DNA of 63,469 nucleotides, the filler included, from Nemertoderma westbladi (lineage: Eukaryota > Animalia > Xenacoelomorpha): NCBI GenBank assembly GCA_032718475.1. It is 3 parts of 3 records of this genome, joined end to end, with 100 filler letters (N's around TTAATTAATTAA, not from the genome) between each part and the next. Parts side by side here need not be neighbours in the genome. Positions count along the whole stretch, not along the records: positions 1 to 28,939 come from JAUCBJ010006313.1; positions 29,040 to 54,255 come from JAUCBJ010005006.1; 1 more part is not named here. One strand, given 5' to 3'. The notes under the pieces were generated by a model that made no database searches, had not been told where the DNA came from, and saw nothing but the letters and a program-made list of their open reading frames with translations. Positions 22,854 through 34,450 of the stretch are shown here, piece after piece. Numbering within the stretch: position 1 is the stretch's first letter; every line of letters begins with the position of its first letter. Both the position numbers and the translations under genes were made by a program.

Positions 22854-24531
22854 ATAGCCGTAGCGAGTTTCGTATATCTAAATAAACTGGAAATTTTAAT
22901 AAAACCAAAGCTTTAACTATGTAGGGTCTGTACATAGTATAACACAATCTACATTGCGGCGCGGTAAGATATGCTAGAGAAACTTACAAAATGGCGACCA
23001 TTTATTTAGAGTCACACCAAAAAAAATACGAAAATAAACACAACAGATAATCATTTTTACACATAATTTAATATAATTAACACTAAAAATTATTTAGTAT
23101 TGCGTAACCAAACCATAACTGTAATGGATTTATCGTGCTTCTTGACACGATATACTCCTAAAACGGCTTTGAATCTCTAAAAGTTCCAAGGAGTGCTATA
23201 TTTTCCCTTATTGTTTTGGTTCCCGGCTGATATAAAATATTTTCCACTAGAACACAGTCCTTCAATGACTTGTTATTTAGTGACATCCACAACCCTTCAA
23301 AAATAGTGCAAAAACACAGTGATTTTATGTTCTTCCCAAAATGTACTGTATATTGTTTCCTTCTGGCATATAAAAATAGTGTACTGTAACACCATAGAAA
23401 AACCTCTGGGATGAGGAAAAAGGAGAGCCGGGTGAGGGATGCTTTGGGTCCGTTAGGATCCAAAGTATAGCCACGAAATAATCAAAATAATCCAAAATAT
23501 ACAGAAAATATAGTATTTTTAGTTGTTTCGGTTATGCTAAAAAATACACTCAAAAAAAGGTTATGAAAAAAGTCGTAGAACGTCGTAATAAACTTGGTAC
23601 AGCTTCACGCTATTGGAACTTGGCGATAGTGCATCTGGGGCTGGTTAGCCAGCGCTCTCTCAGTCCTAGGCGGAATCGTCTTACCTTCCCAGCAACCGCG
23701 AACCCACTAAGGCCGGCCTGGGAACAAAGACGCCCTCTGCCACCCTAGCTGTCGAGGCGGCCAACTATGAAGGCTGGTTTTTGGGACTGACTTTTCCATC
23801 CATATGTGGCCCCTTTTAAACCTGGTGTGTGGTCAATATGAAGTTGACCCCTAATTATCACCTAAACATAGTTTGTCTTTCCTGTGCAGTGATTTTACGT
23901 TCAACCCATGTAAATATAATTAATACGTGGTTGTTTGACTGACCAATAACCAATTATTGATGAACGGCAATAGAGTTTGAACGTAATCAATTATTCCTTT
24001 GTTAATAACTAGGTGAGAGTAATAGGTGGGTGAGGTTGGCATACTAAGGGGCCAATGGGAGAAAGGAGGGAGGTTGTGTAGCGCCCTCCTTCATTGGATT
24101 GCAGTGATTTGTAGGGGAGTAACCAGCAATATTGGTTGGAATTTGTGGGTGAGGCCGGCTAAGTATGTCTGGGATGGAAATATGTCGTAATATTGGATAT
24201 AATCAGAGATAAATATTACGGTGAGAAAGGGGGAAAAGGGAGTAATTGTGTAGTGATTATTGCATAGTGAAATTGATAGAGTTTTCAATTTATTAACTAA
24301 ACGCGATATCGCGCATCGCACCAGCATGGTTTCGAAATTCCAAAACGAGGTCTTCACTATTTGAAGGTTGATTTTGTTCTAGAATTAAGCAACTAATAAT
24401 AGATCGAATTTCTTAGGAATTATTGTATTAAATATGATTTTATTTTTACATAATTAGTTCTATCATGGAATACTAAATATAGGGCCTAAATAAAATATAA
24501 GATAACTAAATCACTAAAGATCACTAAATAT

Positions 24532-26590
24532 AAGATCAGCGACCTCTCCACCCTCGCCAAACGACTCCCTCTCCTGGATGCGCACCACGCGTTCTACCTT
24601 TTAAAGAACGCTTTTGCCATCCCTCGTCTGGTCTACTTCCTTCGGGCTGCCCCGTGTTTCACACACCAGGAGCTCCTTAAGGAGTATGATCGGACGCTCC
24701 GTGGAGCGCTCCAGGAGATCACCAACTGTGACATGGGGGGTAAATCGTGGGACCAGGCCTGTCTCCCAGTTCGGATGGGTGGCCTGGGGATCAGTTCAGC
24801 ATGCGTGCTCGCTCCTTCCGCTTTCATTGCTTCAGGGGCTGCATGCTCCGATCTCTCAGGCCGCCTATTCAGAACGGACGGGAGCCACCCCGATCCTGCG
24901 ATTGCCCTCGCTACCGCCGCGCGGGACGCACAACTTCCAACTGTTACAGACACTCACGTTCCCACTGCCACCGCACCTACACCATCACTCACTTCTCCCA
25001 CTGACACCACATCCACAGTTACTTCCCACACTGGCACCACACCACCTGCCACTTCCTCCACTGACGCCATACAACGTGTCCTGATACAGCCGGTTCATGA
25101 GGCGTCCCTTGCTTCCATCCGCGAGGGGGCACTGCCACTCGATACTGCGCGCCTAAATTGTATCACGAACGATGTGTCTGGTTGCTGGCTTGAGGCCATT
25201 CCTGTCAGCTCGCTGGGCCTGAAACTTACAGGCGCGCAGTTGCAAGTAGCAGTCGCAATACGCCTTGGTAGCCCGGTCACCGAGCCTCACAAATGCGCCC
25301 GCTGTGACGACCCAGTCGCACCCAACGGTCTCCATGGCCTCTCCTGTAAGAGGAGCGCTGGGCGACACGCACGCCACGCCATGGTCAATGACCTGGTTAA
25401 GCGTACGTTGACCAGCTGCAGGATCCCAGCTATGCTGGAACCTCCAGGCCTCTGCAGGAGTGGTGGGAAGCGAGTTGACGGAGTAACCATGGTTCCATGG
25501 AAACATGGTAAATCCGTCACTTGGGATCTCCCACTGACACCACATCCACAGTTACTTCCCACACTGGCACCACACCACCTGCCACTTCCTCCACTGACGC
25601 CATACAACGTGTCCTGATACAGCTGGTTCACGAGGCGTCCCTTGCTTCCATCCGCGAGGGGGCACTGCCACTCGATACTGCGCGCCTAAATTGTATCACG
25701 AACGATGTGTCGGGTTGCTGGCTTGAGGCCATTCCGGTCAGCTCGCTGGGCCTGAAACTTACAGGCGCGCAGTTGCAAGTAGCAGTCGCAATACGCCTTG
25801 GTAGCCCAGTCACCGAGCCTCACAAATGCGCCCGCTGTGACGACCCAGTCGCACCCAACGGTCTCCATGGCCTCTCCTGTAAGAGGAGCGCTGGGCGACA
25901 CACACGCCACGCCATGGTCAATGACCTGGTTAAGCGTGCGTTGACCAGCTGCAGGATCCCAGCTATGCTGGAACCTCCAGGCCTCTGCAGGAGTGGTGGG
26001 AAGCGAGTCGACGGAGTAACCATGGTTCCATGGAAACATGGTAAATCCGTCACTTGGGATGCGACTGTGGTAGATCCCCTTTGTCCCAGCCACATACACC
26101 TTGCCCTGACTGCTGGGGGTCGCGTTGCGGAGGTGGCTGAGGAGAAGAAAACAGCCAAATACCGGGAGCTAGTCGACCGGGGCTACATCTTCTCCCCGGT
26201 TGCCTTTGAGACCTACGGCTGTCCGGGTTCTTCCACTCGCAGTTTCCTGAAGGAGATCGGCGACCGTATACGTAGTGTCACCAACGAGCCGCGGTCGCAC
26301 CGATTCCTCCTACAGAGGCTCCTCATTGCCATTCAGATCGGCAATGCCGCTTCGATCTTAGGATCGATTAGGTCCACGGACGAGGGTCTGTTGGATCTCG
26401 TCTCCTAGGCTCCTCCACTTGCGTTCCCCGCTCCCTCTATCCCATCTCCCCTCCCCCTTATAACTCTTATCCCCCCGCCCCCTTTGTAATTTGTCTCTGT
26501 TTTATGTATATTTTTGTTTAATTGTGTTATAACTTTAATAATTTTTAATAATTTTGTCAACAATTCATTATTATTTAGCAAAGAAAAAAA
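24532..26590 (+). mobile_element. 5'-truncated CRE-clade LINE (post-RT region, zinc knuckle, restriction-like endonuclease)
   Basis: LDAHHAFYLLKNAFAIPRLVYFLR, QACLPVRMGGLGI, CARC-X9-HGLSC, RHAMVND, KRVDGVTMVPWKHGK..WDATV, KTAKY, PVAFETYG, QRLLIAIQIGNAASILG; 3' UTR and A-rich tail at ~26579-26590. Confidence 0.9.
24994..26059 (+). repeat. 533-bp near-perfect tandem duplication inside the CRE ORF
   Basis: 24994-25526 is repeated at 25527-26059 with only a handful of substitutions; 533 is not a multiple of 3, so the frame is broken. Confidence 0.95.
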
Positions 26591-27268
26591 ATATAGACTA
26601 TATATCTATATTTATATATAACTATATCTATAACCTATATATCTATAATCTTATAACTATAACTATATATTTATATATATTCTATATATCTATATCTATA
26701 TTTAGTATTCCATGGTTCTATACATCGAAGCATAATATATAAAACTGTAAAATTAATGTTTAATAATGAACCACTTTTATTATTTGTTAAGGAGCGAATA
26801 ATTCCTGCCAAAAACAAGCTCAGATTTGTAACCAGTACAGGAATTCAAATTTGTTACGTCTACCAGTTGTCTCTTTTATTTGAAATAAAAAGTTGGTTCC
26901 TTATCGGGCCGGTAGACTCGTCTCTAGTCATTGAATAAATACAATACGGATACAGTAGTACCGGTACCAGGATGCAATAATTAATTTTAAAATAAACCGA
27001 AAATACCTCAACGAATGAAAACAACTACACTATCAATACTCGTATATGCACTGCACGCACAGCCCACCTCCTGCTTCCCCCAAGTATAAAAAATATATGA
27101 CTAGAAAGAAATGAATTAGCCTATTGGACCACGATGGTCCGGGCTGATCTGATTAGGCCATAGGGGGCATGGGGGGGGGGGGGGGGGGACTGTGTAGTGT
27201 ATTGCTGGAATATAGGCCTAATACATATAAACTTTCGGCACCGGCACCGGCACACTGTCAGACTGATA

Positions 27269-27667
27269 TTATTTAGTCCAACTGACTTTCTGTATATCGT
27301 AATGTTCTGTTAAGGAATCCAGATGTTTATTAAACCGATCCACTCTATCTTTATGAGTATTCGCTGCTTTCTTTAGGACCCTGTCCCACTGTTTCTTCTC
27401 CTGTATCTTAGAAAACGCTATCTCAGCTTTTGTTCTGGTATCTACTGGGGCTTGAGTCCTATCTGGGAGGTCCGTGGCCCTGTCAGCCTGCTGGTCCGTA
27501 ACTACATTATCAGTATCCACGGAAACCTCAGTAGCTTGCGCTCTACGAACTGTAATCCGCTCCAACAGTTTATCCTTTCGTTTTGCTTTCTTTTTAACAC
27601 CGCTGTCTTTCTTTAGTTTCAAGGAACCCTTTCCAACAGCTGCATAGATATTGCATGATGAAGACAT
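27269..27667 (-). CDS. FAM32A: FAM32A-family small nuclear protein, intronless, 132 aa
   Basis: N-terminal YxxVxKGSLKLK and lysine-rich stretch; RTKAEIAF; diagnostic C-terminus THKDRVDRFNKHLDSLTEHYDIQKVSWTK. Confidence 0.92.
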   Translation of the reverse strand: MSSSCNIYAAVGKGSLKLKKDSGVKKKAKRKDKLLERITVRRAQATEVSVDTDNVVTDQQADRATDLPDRTQAPVDTRTKAEIAFSKIQEKKQWDRVLKKAANTHKDRVDRFNKHLDSLTEHYDIQKVSWTK

Positions 27668-28939
27668 GTTAGCTAATCATATGACAGGATAGAATTCAGG
27701 AATATAGGCCTATAATACTGGTACCGGTACCAGAAAGCTAAGACAGAAGGCTGGAAGGACATAACAGCAGAAGCATTATATAGTTCTTTATATTACTGGT
27801 TTCATTAATGATGTTCCGGATTCTACAGTATATAAACTTTAAGATGTTTTTCCACATCGCACTAACTATACTTATTTGCTACAGTAAAAATACTAATACA
27901 GTAAAAACTATCTGAGAAATACATTTCAGTTCAATTTCCAGTCACAGATGGTAACTAAAAATGCGTAGATACGGAATTGTTAAATTAAATAACACGTACT
28001 GTAGGCCTACTAATAAATTCAAGGCAGCAGCTAGGTTAGCGGCTTTGGGACAAAGGGGTTCTTATAGTTCTGGATCTTGAGGAAAACTCTACTAGTTTCG
28101 TCTTTAACTTCCATATTTATTCAGTATATTAGTAAATGTATTGCAGATAGATCTAATGTCCCGTGTCCGGGATTGTGCGGGATGGTGGTACTGCACAGGT
28201 TGAAAACTATAAGTCAGTCTTTGTTAGTAATATAACAATGGGTCTTTGCTGCAGGAACTACAGCTGAACAAGTGATGTACAATATCAAATGTACAATAAA
28301 TATATAACGACTAGCCCCTTGTACAACACTCTATGCTCAATGGATAAACAATATAGCACAGGTACAGTACGACATTGGCACTATATTGCGCAAGCGCAAC
28401 ACGTGATTGTGACTGTTTGGCCGCATTGCATTAATTACTATACCTTAATTTAATTTATTAGATAGCAACCCCTTATTGGTGTTTGGTGGGTGATAAATAA
28501 CTGCCGTAAAATGGCTGATGGCTAATAAGGTGGCTTATTGGTTTCGGAGGTGGTGAAGTGCCAATAGGTTTAATCCCGTAACAATAAATTAAAACACAAT
28601 AATTGGGAGTTTAAATGTTCGACCTAGCAATAATATTTTATTTATTTGTATGGAATTAATTTCGCACTACATACCACGCACCACATATTTTCCAGCTTTA
28701 TATCACAGTGTGACATTATTTCTCAGTATGTCTCACCGGCATACCTTTTACTACTGTATGTATTTCCAGTACCGGTATATCCAATATATCCAGTATGTCA
28801 CCGCGTCATTATTAGGTTGTTCTAGAAAGTTTAAGTGCATAACTAGAAATACAGTAATTCCCCACAAATAAATAAAATTAGATTCGCCATTGTTCATAAT
28901 TAGCACTTTAAAGCTTTTACGGCCCTCGTTCTATTATTT

Positions 28940-29039
28940 NNNNNNNNNNNNNNNNNNNNNNNNNNNNNNNNNNNNNNNNNNNNTTAATTAATTAANNNNN
29001 NNNNNNNNNNNNNNNNNNNNNNNNNNNNNNNNNNNNNNN
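28940..29039. other. Artificial gap/linker (44 N + TTAATTAATTAA + 44 N)
   Basis: Exactly 100 bp with a central six-frame stop sequence; same structure at 54256-54355. Confidence 0.98.
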
Positions 29040-29774
29040 TCATCTTACCACGGCAGAGAGTAGACAGGCCAAGGGAGCGGAGAAACTAACACAACAACTC
29101 AATCGCCCAGCTGGTCGTTTATGTTTACTGGAAAGAGACCGAAAACTGTCCGGAAACTATGGAAGGCAAGATACTCTTCCTACGACCACTTCCCTAATCC
29201 GACAAATATCTAGGGACTCTATAACGTAATAACATATGGAGTGGGCGTGTGGCTATATCATTTTATATTTGTTTTTATTTTATATTTATGTATGTATTAT
29301 TATGTAATTTTATTATAATCGTTTTCTTTAATTTTATTTAGTAAAATGTTATTTTAGAAAATTTAGTAAATTAGTGCAATATATTAGTGTTTATTACGTA
29401 CATAATTACTTATAATATATATTTAGTGCGACGGCGAGAAATAATTATTTTCTCTTCCCTTACTGTCCGTATCATATTATAAATACGTGACTACAGTAAG
29501 ATGAAATGTCCGTACTTCTTAAAGTACAATAAAGCCACTACTATATTTAAGTATTATTGGTAGGCAGAGTATTAGGAATGCAAAGTTCAGATCCTCGTGT
29601 CTCGGCTAAACCAAGCTCTGGGTAGACCTTGGAAACGACTTGCCTCTTCACACTGACATTGCTTCGTGCGATATTGCTCTTCTACCTTATAACAAATAAT
29701 ACATATAGTAGCGTGATGTCCCTCTAACAGTAGCGTAAATCGCAAATAAATCTGTTAAACTTTTGACCATCTGT

Positions 29775-30050
29775 AATTCTAGTCGATTAAGATATCGTGG
29801 CACCCACCGATATGCTTGAAAGACAAATTCTAGAATCAGTGGTTAACGTCCCCAGACAAGTTCTGGAATAAATCGGTGCCCATCCTAAATATTAATTTAA
29901 TATTTATTAAAATCTGTAAAATTCAGATCCGTTAACAATTCTAGTCGATTAAGATATCGTAGCACTTACCGATACTCTTAAAAGACAAATTTCATAGAAT
30001 TAAGGATCCTATGTCCCCAGACCTGCTCTGGAATCAAATTGTATCAATTT
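29775..30050. repeat. Diverged direct duplication with ~160-bp period
   Basis: AATTCTAGTCGATTAAGATATCGT...GTCCCCAGAC..TCTGGAAT occurs at ~29775 and ~29937. Confidence 0.8.
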
Positions 30051-30849
30051 AACATCAAATAATAAAATTCACGGGAATAAATTTAAATTCATATTCGAAT
30101 GAATTTCATAAATTGTCATTTGTGCAATTTATAACATTCCCAAAATTCCAGTAATTAATAGATCATGGGAGCGGAGATTCATATTGAGTGTACTAGAGTG
30201 CGAGAATCTCCAATATATAGTCAATAGCCGATAAAATTTATAAAATCATGCATAAAGAGGGTATTGACAACTAAAGAATTACTATTAAATAACATCCCAG
30301 ATCTGTATGCATGAGAATTACCCTAATTCTACCGCTAGTTTTCCATAATGTCACCATGGCAACACCCACGCTAGAATTAGAAGCAAGTTAAAGGAACAAT
30401 AAAAAGCTTGCCCCATTGCGTAGCATAAGAGTATATATAGCGCACTATTAGTATCCAAGGATACATAGTAATAACGTGACATTCTGGAAGACACTGACTA
30501 ACGGACAAATGGCATGCATGTGTGCAGTAAGCAATGATTGTATGGAATTTGTGCGTTTATAGGTGAATGTTACTACTAAAGTGTGTTTACAGTAGCTAAT
30601 CGCAATTGTAAAATAGCCCTAACTCTACCGAGATAACCTCAAGTGGATTCAAGCCTTTGGGACGGACAGTGGTGGGACTTGTGCCGGTTATCGTTGTCGT
30701 GCTGTTGCTACATGTTGGCGTAAACACTGCGACAGCGGTACATCGGCGCTGAGAAACCCACTGTCCGGGGGCAAAAGCCTAGTAGGCAGCGACGCCCGCT
30801 TGCCTAAAATATTAACTTATATTGATATTAATAAACTCAGATAGCAGAT

Positions 30850-32298
30850 ATGACGGAATTGATAGAAGATGACCTTGGTATTAGAGAGTGATATACTCTA
30901 CCTTTACAAGCGTTTGTGGATAGCTTGATGCGCGGTGAAGCCGATCAGACTATTACGGAGGACGATGGTCGTTATATCGAACCGCCGATGTCCCAAGAGC
31001 AACTTACGCGTGAATTGGACTATCGAAAATTAACCGCTCGCTATACGCATCGTAATGGTACGTATATGGACTTCTTAACTACCGGCCATCCTATCGATTT
31101 ACATGATACGGACGATGTAGACACCGAAAGGGAAATGGTTCTATTTAAATATCATACCCAGCGGCGTCGTATCGATAAACCGAGAATAGATCACGAAAAT
31201 TCTATTCGTAACAGACTGGGAAGACGAACCAATATGTCTAGAATCTGAGGAGATTCAGCCTATCGCGCTCGGAATATCGACAACGATTACATCCTAGAAG
31301 GGTATCAAGGTCCACAGTGTCTCACTGCGTACGATTATCGCCATGCCAACTATGTTTCTCGACAACGTTGTCGGCTGTGCGCATCGAGAGACCATATTAC
31401 GTCTATGGACACCAACGATATCTGTTCCTATTTCCACGAGCAACCGTCGATGGAAATCTATTGTGCATATTGTCGGCTTAATAATTTGCACATTTTTGCT
31501 GTCTGCCCCCAATTTATGACTCAATGCCATCATTGTCAATTAAAATGACACGCCAGCTTTGATTGTCCCTTTAACCATGATTTAGAGAGCGTAGATGAAA
31601 TGATTGTACTACGTTATATCAGAGCTTGGGAAGCGAACGCTGATTTACATTGTGATTCACGCCATCGCTATTATCCCGGACGCGCCTATGAAGGAGTTTA
31701 TGCGTTCCATCCATATTTGTTTGCCTCCGTCGAGCAGAAATCGCGCCTATCAAGTTATGAACTATTGAAGCGCGTTGGAGAATGTATTTCAACCAAATAT
31801 GTGCGTAAATTTCTCAGGAGCATTACTCCGAGTGACATCCAGTCTTACAACTTAATAAACTTTATCCGTCAAGACCCTGCCTATGGAGACTTATTCGTCA
31901 ACTCACACCCTGAGTTACAAGAGGTATATCGACGGCCTTACGAGTATCGAGCCCGCGAACGCGAGTTAGAAAGAACCATTAAACCAAGGAAGTTTCTAGC
32001 TGCCTATGGTCCACCCACGGCCCTCGTTCAGACCACTCGTAAAGGACCCGTAAGAGCGGCTGTCTTGAAACGAGCTCTCAAAGCCGTTAGACCCCTCTCC
32101 CCGGACGTTGATGTCCATCAACCCGGTACTTCGACCGGCGGATATACCGATCGCAATCCCATACCTTCTGATGCAATCATATTGCACCCTTCACCCAGGA
32201 GTTATAGCCCTCCTAGTAAAGTGGCTCGCCCCAAAGAGAAAAGGACTCTTGCTAGCTTCAAAAAACTGCGTAAACGCCGTCCGCGCAAGAAAGACTAA
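30850..32298 (+). pseudogene. 483-codon zinc-knuckle-like reading frame interrupted by three in-frame TGA codons
   Basis: ATG 30850 to TAA 32296-32298 in one frame with TGA at 30889, 31246 and 31546 and no frameshift. Central Cys/His cluster CRLCASRDH...C, CAYCRLNNLHIFAVCP, CHHCQLK*HASFDCP; basic C-terminus KKLRKRRPRKKD. Confidence 0.6.
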
Positions 32299-34450
32299 CT
32301 GTTTAGAGTATTTTTGTATTTTAGAAACTGTGATTTTGTATATTTTATAGACTTAAATCCCATTTTCTGGGAGCGGTGTAAAAGCTTTTGTGGGATAACT
32401 GATACGTTTGCCTTTGCTGGCCAGTTCCCCCCCAGGCGCTGGAATACTCTAAAAAAGGTTTTCTAACTGTATATATATTCCCCTCGCCCGCAAGGTACCT
32501 TTACAGGTGTTTTAACGGACATAAAAATCATTCTGCTATATACGTGTTTTAGCGGACATGGTAAGACAAAAAACTTGTAATGCACCAACCACCTTTCACA
32601 GCTTAGCCGTGATGATTCATATTACGACATCTAGCAGCTGGTTGCTGACATGGAAACAGCCATTGGCCGCGTGGTTCTTTGTTTGGCTTGGGCCAATCAG
32701 GGCGGTTTTTCCTGTCGACGTGTAGCTTTTTAGTCGATCATAAGGAGAGTGTTCAGTCTTACTGTTTTTTCTTGATACTTGTTGTTATTGCTGTCTAAGC
32801 CAGAAACACCGGCATTTTTGGATAGATACTGCTGTACCGTAAACTGCTTGAATTATCGAAAGTATAAACTGTTACCTGACTTAAATCACTCATCTCACCT
32901 TGATACTTTTAATTGCATTGATCATATTGTTTGTACTGTTATTTTACCGTCAGTTATTAATTGTAAATATTTGTTGATGGAAATATTGCTATTTGGATAA
33001 TACGGATAAATCACCCAATTCCCAATTTTCTTGATAACACTACAGGTTAGAGAGACCGGCTATATATAACAATTGCGATTTATATTAATGTGGTGTGTAT
33101 TGAATCCAATGTTATTTAGCAGACCCTACGTGAGTCAATTACTGCTCTCTTTATGTGTGATCAAATGTACTGACTGTCGGCAGAATAGTGTGTATGATTG
33201 TGATTGGTAACAAAGTATTTCCTAAAGAATACGTTTTATACTTTAATCATAAGCAGTATCGTTGCGTTTAGTATGAGTCTTAGTTCTGTTTAAATAGATA
33301 GAGCGCCACGTCCTAGAGGAACTGTTAATATTTCCCGAAAGCCAATAATATCTGTCAGAGATTAATTATTAACGATCTATCGAATGATACATTAGGTATA
33401 CACTGCAACCTTACACTGTAATAATCCAATTCAAGCATCCGAATTCAGTCTCCCGGGTGTAGATCCATCGGGTGAATGATCGCGCATGGGCTGACTTCGG
33501 CTAATGTTTTGCGTATTAGCATAAATTATTGTCGTATGCTAAAGTGGTTTTAATTAACTAGAAGACATATAAATTTTGGCGGGTTAAACTGCTAAAGGTC
33601 TTCAAAAGCGCGAACAGTAGTACAGTAGACCTCTGACAATTATCAGCGTAAAAGCATTTTTAATAAATAAATGTGAGAATGGTTTTACTTTTCAGACTCA
33701 GATTTTTCGCACCCTAGCAGTAGACTGGAAATCCGCAGACTGGTTAGCGTCCTCCCCATACAAACAGCCTATGGTCAAGCATGCCTTTCCCAAGTATAAG
33801 CAAAAAAGCATTAGAAACAATGAAATTGGAGAAGGATTTCACTTGATACATTTCACCCTCTAGCGGCAGACTGAGAAATTGCAGATTGGTAAGAGTTATC
33901 CACAAACACGCAGTCTATGGTGTAGTAGACCTCTGACAAGTATCAGCCTAAAAGCATTAGAAACAACGAAACGGGATAAGGTTTTCACTTTCAGAGATTT
34001 CGCCCCCTAGCAGCCGAATGGAGAACTGCAGTTTGTTCGGCGTCTTACCTAGACATACACCCTATGGTGTACTACACATCTGGCAAGTGTCAGCCTGAAA
34101 TCATATTAATAACGAAATGGGATAAGGTTTTCACTTTCAGACATTTGGCCCCCAAGCGGTAGACTGGATAAATGCAGACTGGTTCTAGCTCCTCCCCAAA
34201 CACACAGTCTATGGTGTAGTAGACCTCTGCCAAGTATCAGCAAAAAAGCATTATAAACAATGAAATGCATAAAGGTTTTCACTTTCAGACATTGCGCCCC
34301 CTAGCGGCAGACAGAGCTATTGCAGATTGGTCTTAGTTCTCCACAAACACGCAGTCTTTGATGTAGTAGACCTCTGACAAGTATCAGCCTAAAAACATTA
34401 TAAACATCAAAATGGGATAAGGTTTTCACGTTCAGACATTTCGCCCCCTA

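Larger units (their letters stand above)
18885..22860 (-). mobile_element. Decayed Ty3/Gypsy LTR retrotransposon (Mag-like), 5' end missing
   Basis: Domain order gag-protease-RT-RNaseH-integrase: gag LGDRKPS, protease LVAANGS and ILGADF, RT SPWASPLHMVPK, CGDYRRLN, MPFGLRNA, YLDD; RNaseH TDAS and YSTFDRELLA; integrase HGLGH, CLQCQ, HVDIVGP, NGMVER, GPF. Several frameshifts and deletions. Confidence 0.95.

Noticed and set aside
23590-23800. RNase P or 7SK RNA
   Set aside because: Only a partial GGGAAGGT match; the other conserved regions and terminal stems were not found.
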